From the NCBI GenBank assembly GCA_964016885.1, contig OZ024753.1, positions 17,298,001-17,362,000 on the forward strand: 64,000 nucleotides of DNA, written 5' to 3'. This stretch comes from Eledone cirrhosa. Taxonomy: Eukaryota. The translations under genes were made by a program, and so were the position numbers. The notes beneath the pieces were generated by a model that was not told where the DNA came from, did not search any database, and worked only from the letters and a program-made list of their open reading frames with translations. Of this stretch, positions 1 to 14,060 are shown piece by piece (positions within the stretch are counted from its first letter, which is position 1; each line of letters opens with the position of its first letter).

Positions 1-121
1 GGTAAAGGATTATAAAGCAACGAAAGAGAGAAAAAGGTGGAAATATCTAAATATTAAGATTAAGAAAAATAAATTTGTTCTTTTTTTGTTTTTGTCAATT
101 TTATTTTTTGTATATTTAAAG

Positions 122-263
122 GATGGAATCATAAATGGTTTATGGATGAAATTGAAAAAGCGAACTCTTCGACAACTATCTCGAGGTAAACTAGTCATTA
201 AAGTCAATACCCAGACAACTAAACCTTTTAGTGGACGAATTCTACCCAGAATAACATGTGGAG
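122..263 (+). CDS. chrd: Chordin/sog internal exon A (end of CHRD repeat 2)
   Basis: T-rich tract plus AAG acceptor (AG 120-121) and donor G|GTGAGT at 264; phase 0 to 1. Encodes DGIINGLWMKLKKRTLRQLSRGKLVIKVNTQTTKPFSGRILPRITCG, matching the CHRD C-terminal pattern (G.W..L....L.RG.L.I.V.T....GRI..R..C). G|GTAAAG at 1-7 is probably the upstream exon's donor. Confidence 0.85.
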
Positions 264-415
264 GTGAGTTCTGTTTATTCTTATATTTCGTTTCTATAGT
301 TATGTATATGCTATAAACAACTATAAACAGGAAAGGTCAGTAATTTTCTACTACCTTATTACCAGTAAGAGAAATAGCTCAATGTAAGAATATCAGTTGT
401 TTTACAGAGCAGGAA

Positions 416-548
416 AATAAATAAATTATACAATTATCAAAGTTGTGTTCTAATCGTTTCTTCAAAACTCTCGAGTGTTTGGAAGAAACGATTGTCAGCT
501 ATTAAATGATTTGAACACAACTTTGATAATTGTATAATTTATTTATTT
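416..548. repeat. Fold-back inverted repeat next to (TA)n
   Basis: Arms AAATAAATTATACAATTATCAAAGTTGTGTTC / GAACACAACTTTGATAATTGTATAATTTATTT, with an inner stem AATCGTTTCTTC/GAAGAAACGATT. Contains GAAACGATTGTCAGCT, which looks like the 3' half of a hammerhead. Confidence 0.8.
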
Positions 549-559
549 TATATATATAT

Positions 560-958
<399 letters not shown>

Positions 959-1119
959 ACACACACACACACACACATATATAATAATAAGTTAACGAGA
1001 CTAGCAAGGGCTTCACTGCTAGTACTGGTTGCATCTCAGTGTACTCAATAGGTAATGTTAAGTAAACTCCCAGAGTAGACATAGTTATTAGCTTTAACAC
1101 ACATAAATGGGTACCTTTA

Positions 1120-1174
1120 ATATATACATATATATATATACACATACATGTATATATATACACACACATACATG

Positions 1175-1258
<84 letters not shown>

Positions 1259-1301
1259 GTATATATATATGTATATATACATATATGTATATGTATATGT
1301 A

Positions 1302-1334
<33 letters not shown>

Positions 1335-1389
1335 ATATATATGTATATATATATGTATATATATATGTATATATATGTATATATATATG

Positions 1390-1440
<51 letters not shown>

Positions 1441-1483
1441 GTATATATGTATATATATATGTATATATGTATATGTATATATG

Positions 1484-1544
<61 letters not shown>

Positions 1545-1558
1545 GTATATGTATATAT

Positions 1559-1592
<34 letters not shown>

Positions 1593-1648
1593 ATGTATAT
1601 GTATATATATATATAGGTATATGTATATATATATATATATGTATATGT

Positions 1649-1702
<54 letters not shown>

Positions 1703-1712
1703 ATATATGTAT

Positions 1713-1744
<32 letters not shown>

Positions 1745-1756
1745 GTGTGTGTGTGT

Positions 1757-1838
<82 letters not shown>

Positions 1839-1979
1839 GTGTATATATATAAAAGTATATATACGTACATACATATATGTATACAGACGTACAGTAGTAT
1901 GTATATATATATACATACATGCACACATATATATATGTACGTATGGATTCACCGAACATTTATTATAATGCTCGGTGCG

Positions 1980-2045
<66 letters not shown>
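1120..2045. repeat. Compound (TA)n/(TATG)n/(TG)n microsatellite with an embedded family-E fragment (~1860-1980)
   Basis: Seen directly; 1860-1980 matches 58250-58365. Confidence 0.9.
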
Positions 2046-2047
<2 letters not shown>

Positions 2048-4787
2048 GTGGATAAGATAATAGACGTAAATAGAGTGAATGACAGAATAATTAAAATAAG
2101 ACTTGTTCTAAGTAGAACTACTGTGACAGTAATATCTGCGTACGCACCCCAATCCGGACTGCCTGGCGCTATAAAAGACAGATTCTATGAGACACTGATG
2201 CTCACTACCTCCCAAATAAACGACAGTCACTACATAATTATTGCTGGCGACCTTAATGGTCACGTTGGACAACATTGTGACGGCTATGACGGAATCCACA
2301 GAGGCTATGGGTTTGGTACTAGAAATGAGGAAGGCTCCAGAATCCTGGAATTCTGTGACGCAAATAACCTAACTATCTGTAACACTAACTTCAAAAAACG
2401 AGACAATCACTTGATCGCCTACAGATCAGGGGAACATACCAGCCAGCTAGATTATATCCTTACCAGAAGACGTGACAGAGTGTCTGTTGTAAACACTAAA
2501 TCCCTCCCCCATGAAGAATGCACCTCCCAACATAGACTGATAATTAGCGACCTCATAGTCAGGACGAGACGTACTCGACAACAGAAGAGGACTATCCCCA
2601 GGAGAAAAATATGGAAGCTAAAGGACCCCACAGCCAGAAATAAATTTAAAAGCATATTACTTGATGCTTTCGACAGTAAGGAAGAGCATTTAGAGTCGTA
2701 CAATATAGAGGAACAGTGGGAATTCCTGAAAGCAAACCTGCTGATGGCGGCAGACGAAGTCTGTGGCTGGAGCAGGCCTATAGGCAGGAGGGGAGTAACA
2801 TGGTGGTGGAACAGTAAGGTGGAGGAGTCAATTAAGGCCCAAAAGCAGGCTTGGAAAGTATGGCGGGATGGGGGAAGTAGAGAAGTAGAGAAGACTATCA
2901 AGTGGCCAGGAGGGAAGCTAGGAGACAAGTGTACTTCGCAAGAAGGGCAGCAGAGGAAAGAAAGTTCAAGCATGTTCTACAACGCGAGGACCAAAAACGT
3001 GAAGTGTTCAGGATTGCTAGGAAATGTGTCAAGGAAAACCGTGATATTATCGGGGAGAAGTGCGTCCTTAATGATGATGGTGTACTTGCCATCACTGACG
3101 CTGATTATAAGGTAGCTTGGAAGTGTCACTACGAAAGGCTACTAAATGAGGAGAATAAATGGGATAAAGACAGTCTCCCCCACATCGATCCAATAGAGGG
3201 ACCAGCAGTGTTAGTCGAAGGTAGTATAATAAGTAAGGCAATCAAAGATATGAAGACGGGTAAGGCGGCTGTGCCTTCGGAAATAGTTGCTGAAATGCTG
3301 AAAGCTTCTGGAACGGTGGGACACACCATGGTCACCCGGATAGTAAACCAAGTCATACAGAATGGGGTCGTTCCGAAGGACTGGCGTAGCAGCAGCATCA
3401 TTAACTGCTACAAGGGTAAAGGAGATGCCCTAGATAGGAGTAACTATAGAGGCATTAAATTAATCGACCAGGTCATGAAGGTCACAGAAAAAGTAATAGC
3501 GCAACTAATCAGAGAGAGAATTGATCTAGATGAAATGCAGTTCAGGTTTGTGTCAGGTAAAAGTACCACAGACGCTCTTTTCATTGTACGACAACTACAG
3601 GAGAAGTACCTAGCTAAAAGTAAACCCCTATACTTAGCTTTTGTCGACTTGGAGAAAGCCTTCGATAGAGTTCTCCGTTCCATTATCTGGTGGGCTCTTA
3701 TCAAACTAGGTGTTGATGAATGGCTTGTGAGAGCTATACAAGCCATGTATAAAGAAACAGTCAGCAAGGTTAGAATTAACAACGAATATAGTGAAGAGTT
3801 TAGCGTAAAAGTTGGTGTTCATCAGGGCTCCGTTCTTAGCCTCCTACTATTTATTATTGCCCTTCAGGCTATAACAGTGGAGTTCAAGACCGGCTGCCCA
3901 TGGGAACACCTATACGCAGATGATCTAACGCTCATAGCTGAATCAATGGCCGAACTAGAGAAGAAATTCCAAACATGGAAGCATGGCCTAGAATCAAATG
4001 GCCTTAAAATTAACCTGTCTAAGACTAAAGTTCTAGTTTGTAGGAAGGAAAATAGGGCACCGGTTCCATCCGGGAAATGGCCATGCTCAGTGTGTAGGAA
4101 AGGAGTAGGTAGAAACTCCATTTTATGTCCCAAATGCAAAGTATGGGTGCATAAAAGATGTAGTTGGATCACAGGTAAGCTAACTAAGAATATAGATTTT
4201 ATATGTGGCCGGTGCTCTGGTGCAATAAGTAGCAGCAAGTGTCCACAGAATACTAGCTCATTCCATTGCACAGATGCTTCTATAGAAATAGTGGACACCT
4301 TCCGTTACTTGGGTGACAAAATCAGCAGTGGTGGAGGGTGCTCTGAATGTACAGTAGCTAGAGTCAGAACTGGATGGAAAACATTCAGAGAGCTTATACC
4401 ACTATTAGCCGCTAAAGGGTTCTCTCTAAATATGAAAGGCAGGCTGTTTGATGCCTGCATACGAACAGCAATGTTACATGGCAGTGAGACCTGGGCATTG
4501 TGTGCAGAGGATATACACAGACTGGAGAGGAACGAAGCTTGCATGCTCCGCTGGATGTGTAATAGTAATATACGTGAACGGCAAAGCATAAACGAACTAA
4601 GGGAAAAAATAGAAATAAGAGGGATCAGATGTTGTTTACTCGAGAGAAGACTACGTTGGTATGGTCACGTGATGCGCATGAAAGACGACAGCTGTATAAA
4701 AAAGTGCAGAGCAATGACAATAGACGGTAGCCACGGAGTAGGCAGACCCAGAAAAACCTGGGACGACTTGATAAATTCCGACCTCAC
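2046..4787 (+). mobile_element. 5'-truncated RTE-clade LINE (APE endonuclease + RT + PHD-like finger), one frameshift
   Basis: APE motifs (SAYAPQ, AGDLNGHVG, SQLDYIL, SQHRL), RT motifs (FVDLEKAFDRV, GVHQGSVLS, LYADD), CxxC..CxxC..HxxC..CxxC finger at ~4078-4215, and RLRWYGHV / GRPRKTW C-terminus. The frame switch coincides with an 8-bp duplication at 2874-2889. Confidence 0.95.
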
Positions 4788-4859
4788 ACACTTACACCCC
4801 CGTCCCACTACCCCCCACCCCATCCACACCACCCCTTTCAATGTAAAGTTATGTTGGTA

Positions 4860-5143
4860 CCACAATCTCCAGTCCGAAACAAATGAGGTCGTGTAGGTGT
4901 CACGACAAAAAAAAAACACACAGTCCACGCTGTAATGTGGCCGTGTAGGTAACACGGTAAACACCTCCCAGTCCACACTGTAAACGTGGTTGGTGTTAGG
5001 AAGGGCATCCAGCCGTAGAAAACCCGCCAGACATTCCTATGCGAGAGAGACAACCACTCTTGCCTCAAGTGGGAAAACTCCCGTCCAAACCCATGCAAGC
5101 GTGGAAGATGGACGTTAAACGATGATGATGATGATGATGATGA
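4860..5143 (+). mobile_element. RTE-related SINE/3' tail ending in (GAT)n
   Basis: GGTGTTAGGAAGGGCATCCAGCCGTAGAAA...CCCATGCAAGCGTGGAAGATGGACGTTAAAC(GAT)n. A reverse-strand tail fragment recurs at ~24110-24150. Confidence 0.65.
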
Positions 5144-5270
5144 TATATATATAGCAATATACTTTTCAAGGAGCAGCCTACATATACATGCATATAAAAA
5201 AAATACAGTAAAGAAATGTTTACACACCTCTGATTAAATTCTCATTTGTCACTTCTCAAGCTGAGAGTGA

Positions 5271-5762
5271 TTCTGTCGTCATCCCACTTCCCCAGCCTCC
5301 CCTTCACCTTTATTCAGTAATTCTCTCGTTATCCCACTTCCCCAGCCTGCCCTTCTGCTTTATTCAGTAATTCTGTCGTTATCCCACTTCCCCCTCCTCC
5401 CCTTCTCCTTTATTCAGTAATTCTGTCGTTATCCCACTTCCCCAGCCTCCTCTACTCCTTTATTCAGTAATTCTGTCGTTATCCCACTTCCCCAGCCTCC
5501 CCTTCTCCTTTATTCAGTAATTCTGTCGTTATCCCACTTCCCCAGCCTCCCCTTCTCATTTATTCAGTAATTCTGTCGTTATCCCACTTCCCCAGCCTCC
5601 TCTACTCCTTTATTCAGTAATTCTGTCGTTATCCCACTTCCCCAGCCTCCTCTTCTCCTTTATTCAGTAATTCTGTCGTTATCCCACTTCCCCACCCTCC
5701 TCTTCTCCTTTATTCAGTAATTCTGTCGTTATCCCACTTCCCCAGCCTCCCCTCTCCTTTAT
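5271..5762. repeat. 50-bp minisatellite, ~10 copies
   Basis: Unit TTCTGTCGTTATCCCACTTCCCCAGCCTCCCCTTCTCCTTTATTCAGTAA with an exact 50-nt period. Confidence 0.95.
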
Positions 5763-5907
5763 CCACTATATCTATGGCCTCTCATCACACCTTATACCGC
5801 CATTCTCACATACTTATACGGTTCGTTAGACCAGATTACTTTTCTCATATTTTATATCCCCTTTTATAATTCATTTATTGATATTTTGCCGTAATACATA
5901 TTTAGAA

Positions 5908-7174
5908 ACACCATATATACACCACATATACACCATATATATATACCATATATACACCACATATACACCATATATATACCATATATATACACCACATATA
6001 CACCATATATATACCATACATACACCACATATACACCACATATACACCATATATATACACCACATATACACCATATATATACCATATATACACCATATAT
6101 ATACCAAATATATACACCATATATACACCACATATATACCACATATACACCATATATATACCATATATATAGGCCACATATATACCATATATACACCACA
6201 TATACACCATATATACACCACATATACACCATATATACACCACATATACACCATATATACACCACATATACACCATATATATATATACACCACATATACA
6301 CCATATATACACCACATATACACCATATATATACACCATATATATATATATATACCATATATATACCACATAAACACCATATATATACCATGTATACACC
6401 ACATAAACACCATATATATACACCATATATATATATACCATATATATACCACATATATACCCTATATACACCATATATACACACCACATATACACCATAT
6501 ATACACCACATATATATACACCATATATATGCGATATATATACCACATAAACACCATATATATACACCATATATATATATACACCACATAAATACCATAT
6601 ATATACACCATATATATACCACATATATACCACATATACACCATATATATACAACATATATATACCACATATACACCACATATATACCATATATACACCA
6701 TATATACACCACATATACACCTCTTATACACCATATATATATACCACATATATACCATATATACACCATATATACACCACATATATACCACATATACACC
6801 ATATATATACACCATATATACGACTTATATATACCACATATACACCATATATATACCACATATACACCTTGTATATACCATATATACACCACATATATAC
6901 ACCACATATACACCACATATACACCATATATACACCAAATATACACCACATATACACCACATATACACCATATGTATACCACATATACACCATATATACA
7001 CCACATATATACCACAAATATACCACATATATACCACATATACACCACATATATACACCACATATATACCATATACCACATATATACCACATATATACAC
7101 CACATATATACACGCAAATATACGCAGATATATATTCACCAGTAAACAATCATAAATACGGTGTTTTTTATTCT

Positions 7175-7228
<54 letters not shown>

Positions 7229-7580
7229 ATACACCCCATATATACCACATATACACCTTATATATACCATATATAAGGTGTATATGTGGTATATACCATA
7301 TATACACCACATATATACACCACATATACACCACATATACACCACATATATACCACATATACACCACATATACACCACATATACACCACATATACACCAT
7401 ATGTATACCACATATATACCATATATACACCACATATATACCACAAATATACCACATATATACCACATATACACCACATATATACACCACATATATACAC
7501 CACATATATACACGCAAATATACGCAGATATATATTCACCAGTAAACAATCATAAATACGGTGTTTTTTATTCTTATATA

Positions 7581-7590
<10 letters not shown>
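5908..7590. repeat. (ACACCATATAT)-like degenerate satellite with a ~400-bp segmental duplication
   Basis: Short 11-15 bp units. The unique tag CACGCAAATATACGCAG...GGTGTTTTTTATTC occurs at ~7111 and ~7511, and there is a small hairpin at ~7240-7295. Confidence 0.9.
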
Positions 7591-7641
<51 letters not shown>

Positions 7642-7745
7642 CTGCACCCTCCTGCATTGAACCACCTAGGTACTATGACATAACCTGTGTATTTGCTGGC
7701 ATGGACGTACATCTGTGCGCCTATGTTAGTTGATATATTAAATTA

Positions 7746-7810
<65 letters not shown>

Positions 7811-7811
7811 C

Positions 7812-7853
<42 letters not shown>

Positions 7854-7991
7854 ATTTATATGGTTCATTGATTATTCAACGAATACAATTTTACAATAGA
7901 TTAGAAGCACTCGACAAGGGATTTTCCTGGAGTATTTAATATTATTCTAAATATTAATAAATGAAAAATATTCTCATAACCAAAATATGTA

Positions 7992-8050
7992 TTTTATGAT
8001 ACGTATTTCAAAGGTACAATGGTGTTTCAGTACGTTTTCATCAGACAAAA
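7992..8050 (-). ncRNA. Type-I hammerhead ribozyme motif (family A)
   Basis: Minus strand: TTTTGT CTGATGA aaacgtac...gtaccttt GAAA TACGTA TC ATAAAA; stems I and II pair, stem III is palindromic, AUC site. Confidence 0.75.
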
Positions 8051-8152
8051 TATATGAGAGATTGGATATGTGAAATACCGCTACGGTTTTGATTATTCAA
8101 TTCCAATAGTGTAAAATAACAAGTATAAACGCTCTTTGATTATCATTTATAT

Positions 8153-8204
<52 letters not shown>

Positions 8205-8209
<5 letters not shown>

Positions 8210-8380
8210 ATGTTTAATCCCGACGGCAGAGCTCAAGCCGTTTCGAAGGCTATTTCTATAGTCCAGAAATAGTCCTCGAAACGGCTTGAGTTCCGCCGTT
8301 GGGGTTAAATATATTCCTATTACCCACTCTACTACTCTGGTGCGTTATGGTCCATCTCGTTCCTTACCACACCTCCTTCG

Positions 8381-8383
<3 letters not shown>
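8205..8383. mobile_element. Family B short element in (TA)n with inverted 5' end; other copies at 23626-23781, 24030-24064, 31565-31709, 31964-32172, 34638-34822, 41322-41460, 63016-63134
   Basis: Shared core GAAACGGC-loop-GCCGTCGGGGTC...TTACCCACTCTACTACCCTAAGTATTGAGTACT...GGTCCATCTGGTTCCTTACCAC...CCTTCGTTA(TA)n. Confidence 0.8.
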
Positions 8384-8469
<86 letters not shown>

Positions 8470-8476
<7 letters not shown>

Positions 8477-8670
8477 TTGAGGTTGGTAATGGCACATGGA
8501 ATATATAAGAGACAGAATACTCTTTTGTGAAAAAACATAATTTTATAAGGTAAGGAAATAATAAAGGGTATAAAAAATTTCCTTACCTTATAAAATTATA
8601 TGTTTTTTCACAAAAAAGTATTCTGTCTCTTATATATTCCATGTGCCATTACCAACCTCAATTTTCTCTA
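8470..8670. repeat. Inverted repeat, ~90-bp arms
   Basis: GAGAAAATTGAGGTTGG...TAAGGTAAGGAAA mirrored by TTTCCTTACCTTA...CCAACCTCAATTTTCTC with few mismatches. Confidence 0.9.
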
Positions 8671-8700
8671 TAACCTTCGTTTTGTGTAGAAAATTACACT

Positions 8701-8751
<51 letters not shown>

Positions 8752-9054
8752 TATGATGGAGTCGTAGGGTCACTGTAGAGACATACGGCATTTCTTGCGC
8801 ATTTTTTAAACCTGAGAGAAGCCATCACTCTCAAGGTCTGAGCGCAACCTATTTCTTCTAGAGAAGGAGAGAAAATGTTAAGGAGATGTGAGATGGAGAG
8901 GAAGAATTGGGCAGGTACTTTTTTATCGACCTCAAAAGATTGAAAAGTAAAGGTGATCTCTGTGGGATTTGAACTCAGGGAGTAGACAGTCGGAACAAAT
9001 GCAGCAAATCATTCTATTCGACTTTCTAACGACTCTGCCATTCAGTCATACATA

Positions 9055-9400
9055 CATGCTGATGGCTGCAACTCGATTTTGAGTAATGCCATCGCTTGAT
9101 ACTTAAGCATGAGTATCAGGGCCATGGCTTCCTAGTCCTGCTAGGGACTTGCCTATGGCCAGCAATACCATGCATGGCATAAACATGTCACATATCTAAC
9201 GATGCCTCTGCTTGAAGCTTTTTTAAGTGAGGAAAAGCTTTGCACGGAGCCAGACTCATTCTCTGAACATCGAATGTATTTGCTCAAAAAGAATAACTGG
9301 TCTACATCATTGGATGCAAACAAAGTCGCAGGTTTTATATCAGAGAGACCTTCTCCTAGAGAGATGTCTTGATGAAGACTAGGAGTCTCTCACTCCACAA
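9055..9400 (-). mobile_element. Non-autonomous RTE-derived element with (TATG)n tail; relatives at 14263-14560(-), 52963-53572(+), 55620-55990(+), 56010-56320(+), 61827-62235(+)
   Basis: Shared RTE-type 5'UTR motif (CTAGGAGAAGG.AACTC...ATA.AACCTG) joined to a 3' end G(G)CAGCCATCATGTATGTA. Confidence 0.65.
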
Positions 9401-10336
9401 AAAAAGACATACATACATACATACATTTATACATACATATATTCTGAGTCAACAGAACCCCACCACCACTAAAGTCAATGAAACGCAGGCCAAGAATAAT
9501 GTATGGGTTTCTATGTACGGAGGAATAATTGAAGACCTCAACACTTACCTTGTTTTATGTAGCTAAGGGCTTTAAATTAAAACAAAAGTGGCTACGTTTC
9601 CCCCACAATCCTCTCATATAGAGAGTGTTCTAGCACAAATGGTCATTATATATGTTTGTAAAAGTTAGTTCTCGACAGCTGAGCTCTTGCCGATTCGGCG
9701 GTAAATGGATGGATAAGTGCAGTTATTCATTCTCCATCGAAACGGCAAGAGCTCGGCCGTCGAGCGTTATCTCTTTACAATACCCATCTTCGACTTTCCC
9801 AAGTATCGAGAAGTTAGCCGAACAATGGTCTTACTAGTACAAACTGGTAGCTCCCATTATCACCACCGCCATCATCATCATCATCATCATCATCATCACC
9901 ATCACTATCATCATCACCATCATCATCATCCTCACCATAACCATCACTATAAACATCACCATCATTTAACGTTCGCTATCCCTTCTAGCAAGTGTTGGAC
10001 AGCTCTACACAGACCAAGTCAGAACTGAGGTGGGGCTACTGACCTCCCAAGCAGACCGAGGGGCTATATTCTGTTTACGTACGGTCATATCGTGTGTATG
10101 AATTAATTGAAAATATATTTACATGTATACGTCTAATAAAATAATATTTATTCCCCTAATGTACACAGATCTGCTAGTGTAACTATAGAACTAAAGAAAA
10201 TCTCGTAGATTTGATTTTTGATAGGTTTTACGTGAGAGAAAGAGAGTGAAGCAAGGGGAAAGCACCCTGCGGTTTAGCCACAGGCTCTGTGTACACACTG
10301 AGGCTGAATACATGTTAATTATATATACAGATATTA

Positions 10337-10680
10337 GGGCGGTGGATTGGCAGTATCGGTAGAGCGTCGGACACCATGCTTCGTGCTATAGAATTACGGC
10401 CTTTATGTTCTGATTTCAAATCATGTCGAGGTTAACTTTATCTCTCATCCTTACGAGGTGGATAAAATAAAGTACCAGTCACGAACTAGGGTCAATTTAA
10501 GGGACTTTCCTCCTCCCCTAAAATTACTGGCCTTGTTGTTTATTCAGACACCTTTATTTGATTTCAAACCCACCGAGGTTAGCTTTACCTTTGATCCTTA
10601 CGGGGTGGATAAAGTACCAGTAAGGCACTGGTGTCAATTTAAGGGTCTCCCCCTCCTCTAAAATTGCTGGCCTTGTGCCA
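10337..10680 (+). mobile_element. tRNA-derived SINE (abundant family); further copies ~8905-9045, 23210-23380, 28450-28570, 28725-28820, 33845-33935, 40500-40645, 40778-40945, 42790-43270, 44895-45070, 50660-50740, 60180-60600
   Basis: A-box-like TGGCAGTATCGG, B-box-like GTTCAAATC, and conserved body GCCTTTCATCCTTACGGGGTCGATAAAATAAAGTACCAGT...GCTGGCCTTGTGCC. Confidence 0.85.
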
Positions 10681-11315
10681 ATATTGTTTAGCCTTCAATA
10701 AAATATCTGCTTGTATTTATATTTTCTTGTTTTCTTGTAATGTTTTTCTTTGTAATTTCTATTATATCTGTTATGTTTTACAATATTTTTTATATTTTAA
10801 TTGTGACTTATTCTTGTATTTGTTTTTGTTGTTACTGTTGTGTATATTTCTGTTTAAATTTTCTTTTTTGTGTGTTGTTAGTTTTGTGATCGGACTTGGG
10901 CGTGGGTTTGTATGGGGTGTCATGTTTAGATTTATACCCTGATATGGTGCGGTGCATATGGTTAGAGCAATGGAGAGATTTACGTGTAAATGCATGCTAT
11001 GGTGATTTATAAGACAGGAGAGGACTGACATATTTTACAAGGCGTTGCCGTTAACTGAGAATCTTCATACATGAAAAAACATGTCACTAAATACAAAAGA
11101 CGGTAACATAGTATATTGTCTGATGATATGGTGTACAGTTTGATAACACTGCTTCAGCAATGCAGATAATAATAATTAAAAAAAAAAAATAATAATAATA
11201 ATAATAATAATGTTTTCTTTATTAACCACAAGGGTTTACATAAAGTAGACATTAAGGACAGTACAGGACAATACAGGACTGTACAAATGGGCATAATAAT
11301 AATAATAATAATAAT

Positions 11316-12160
11316 ATTCATAGTACTTTCTTTGAGAAAACTGAATTCAGAGATCCACAGACATGGAACTAGTTGAAAAGAGGAGACCTTAAAAAGGCTA
11401 CAGAAGGAATACTAATGGCTGCGCAAGAGCAGGACCTCAAAACAAAGTGGCTGAAACACCATATTTACAAGGAGGAGGCTAGCCCACTGTGCAGGATCTG
11501 TGGAGAGAGAGAGAGAGGAGACTGTGGCTTACATTGTATCCGAGTGTAAACACCTAGCCCAGACTCACTATAAGGGCTGGAGACATGATGTGATGGGCAG
11601 GGTGACCCACTGGCACCTATGCAAAGTAAACAATTTACCACATTCTGAGAAGTGGTATGAGCATAAGCCAGAGTCGGTGATAGAAAACGATCAGGTGAAG
11701 GTGCTGTGGGATTTTAGGATACAGACGGACAAGAAAATGGAACACAATAGACCTGACCTGGCGGTTAACGAAAAGGAAAACAGATCGTGCCTGATTGTGG
11801 ATGTAGCCTGCCTATTCGACACAAGAGTGCAAGAGAAGGAGAGGGAGAAAATTAACCGATACCAGGACTTAAAGTGGGAGTTAAAAAAGATTTGGAACTG
11901 CCATGAAGTCAAAGTGGTCCCGATTGTCATAGGCGCACTAGGTACTATGTCAAAGAGTTTCCAAGGATGGTTAAAGAAAATTGGTCCCGCCCCGCTTTTT
12001 GGAACACTTCAAAAGGCATGCTTGTTGGGAACAGCAAGAACCCTCCGATACGTCCTGAATATCTGAGGCTGCAGTTAGTGGCTTGATATTCATTTCAACA
12101 AACTTTCCAGTTAAATAACATCAATGACTGAGACTCAAAGAATTGTAATAATAATAATAA
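11316..12160 (+). mobile_element. 3' fragment of an RLE-type (R4/Dong-like) non-LTR retrotransposon inserted in (TAA)n
   Basis: CCHC knuckle (CRIC...ETV.YI.SEC), RHD and RPD...D restriction-like endonuclease motifs, PIVIGALG, stop at 12066, and TAA repeats on both sides. Its 3' end recurs at 28580-28715(-). Confidence 0.88.
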
Positions 12161-13772
12161 TGATTTCTTTATTGGCCACAAGGGCTGACATCAAGAAAAA
12201 CATCACAGACGGAACAGGACGGTACGATGTGGGTTTTGTGCGTGTAAATATTTTTATTATTTATATAAGAAAAGAAAAAAAGACATAAAACATATATATA
12301 TATAAACAATAAAATGAAAATTGAAACAATGAAAAATTCCCCAATACGGGGGAAACCTCCGAGGGTTACTCGTGGCGAAAACCACACAAAAGACCACGGC
12401 CACTCTGACTACCAAGCGCCCTCTCAATGTTTCCATCTCTCAAACTACAGACGTATATTCAGAGTGTTCACTCGGACCATTCTCGCTACATTCACCCACC
12501 TTTCAACAAACTTGCTAGAAAGCAGCACTTGCCTCTCCACCCTGATTTTCCTCTTCAAGTGAAACTTGAAAAAGTTAATTAGGGATTCGCCGAAGAGGAA
12601 AGTGTTTGTCTTTAATCCTTTTAACCTTGTCCACCACACAATCTCTTTCGCCATGGCCACCAGGCAGATGAAAACCGCCTGCCCTTCCTCCTCGAAGGAA
12701 GACGGCGAGACCATCTGCAAAATGGACTCAGTCGACAACCGGATCAGTCCCACACGCGACAGCAACTGTTCGACATAGCTCCACAACTCAGCAATGCTCG
12801 GGCACTGAACGAGTGCGTGCACAACGGTTTCGTCGCTATGCGCGCATCTCGGACAGGCTCGGCTGACGGCACTTCCGTGCCTGTAGAGCTTATCTCGAAC
12901 CGGCAGCGTTCCCCGGTAGCACTGCCAGGCCAGGGATTTTTGGATGTTATCCATAGGCCCCGGGCTGAAAGTTCTCCGGAAGAGAGCAACCAGCTGATCT
13001 TCTTCGACGCCCAGGATCTCTCCGAGAATGTCGTCGCTCTTCCCCCCCACCAGTCCTCTATAGAACGCCGAGGTGGATGTTCCACCGACACTGGTGCCCA
13101 ACTGGGAGAGGGCAGTGAGCGCCTGGAGATATTCCAGTTTCTAAGCGCTATCCCTCGGTCTTTTTCTGACCCCAGGACTGCAGCTCCGTCAAGGAGACGA
13201 GCTGTGGGAAAATGTGCCTGGCGAACGGCGACCACACCCGTTCACCATCAAGGAAGCACCAGAGATGTCGCAGCCTCAGCGCATGCTTGCGCATCATCAG
13301 CCATGGCATGCCCAGTCCTCCACGCAACGGGTGTTGACAGCAGATGGATCGTCTGACCATGGGAGCGCATCCCTTCCACAAAAAGCGGAAGAGGAGGCGC
13401 TCCATTTTGGTGAGAGTTGGGCTGGAGCAAGGGACGACGATGAGGCGGTAGCAGATGACGGATGCGATGTACGCATTCGCCACTTCCGCCCGGCCTTTCA
13501 CGGTCAGCTTCCTCTCAGCCCATTTCTGGGTGAGGGAAGCCACCCTGCTCGTCGCCTCGTTCCAGTTTTTCTCCATCTGGAGGTCCGGTCCGAACCAGAC
13601 CCCGAGCAATTTAACCGGTCCGTCCGTCCAACGCCCCACGACGCTGTCGGACGGCATGGACTTGCCTCTCCAGGTGCCTAGCTGCAAGCCCACCGACTTT
13701 TCCTGGTTTATCTTTGCTCCTGTCACCGCTTCGTATTCCTTGAGAGCGGTGCCGACTCGGATTTCCCGCATC
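12161..13772 (-). mobile_element. Tx1/L1-clade LINE 3' portion (RT C-terminus + zf-RVT), frameshifted
   Basis: GAKIN.EKS, KLLGVWF, RGGLG.P and LPVRDKL...CPRC...ETVVHAL..CP motifs; the 3'UTR ends at a TAA repeat. Confidence 0.88.
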
Positions 13773-14060
13773 CTAGTTGTCAGAAAAATACAGGAGAAGG
13801 AGGACATCTACGGGCCATTGATGAGGAGTTTACAAATCCAGTATCCAAGATACACCTTTAGCTTCATACCCATCATTATTGGAGATTCGGGTTATATACC
13901 AACCCGGTTGGACTAAAGTATGTCTGAACTTGGATTTGCGGACAAAGAGCGCAGCACCCTAATTTATAGTCTACAAATGGCTGCGATAGCTGGCACCTTC
14001 AAAATTTGCAAAACATTCTTGCGATTTAAGGGATGACAATTTCTTTTCTTTTACAACCTT
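13773..14060 (+). mobile_element. Short 3' fragment of an RLE LINE related to 15298-16410
   Basis: KIQEKEDIYGPLMRSLQIQYPRYTFSFIPIIIGDSGY...GTFKICKTFL with an internal stop. Confidence 0.75.
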
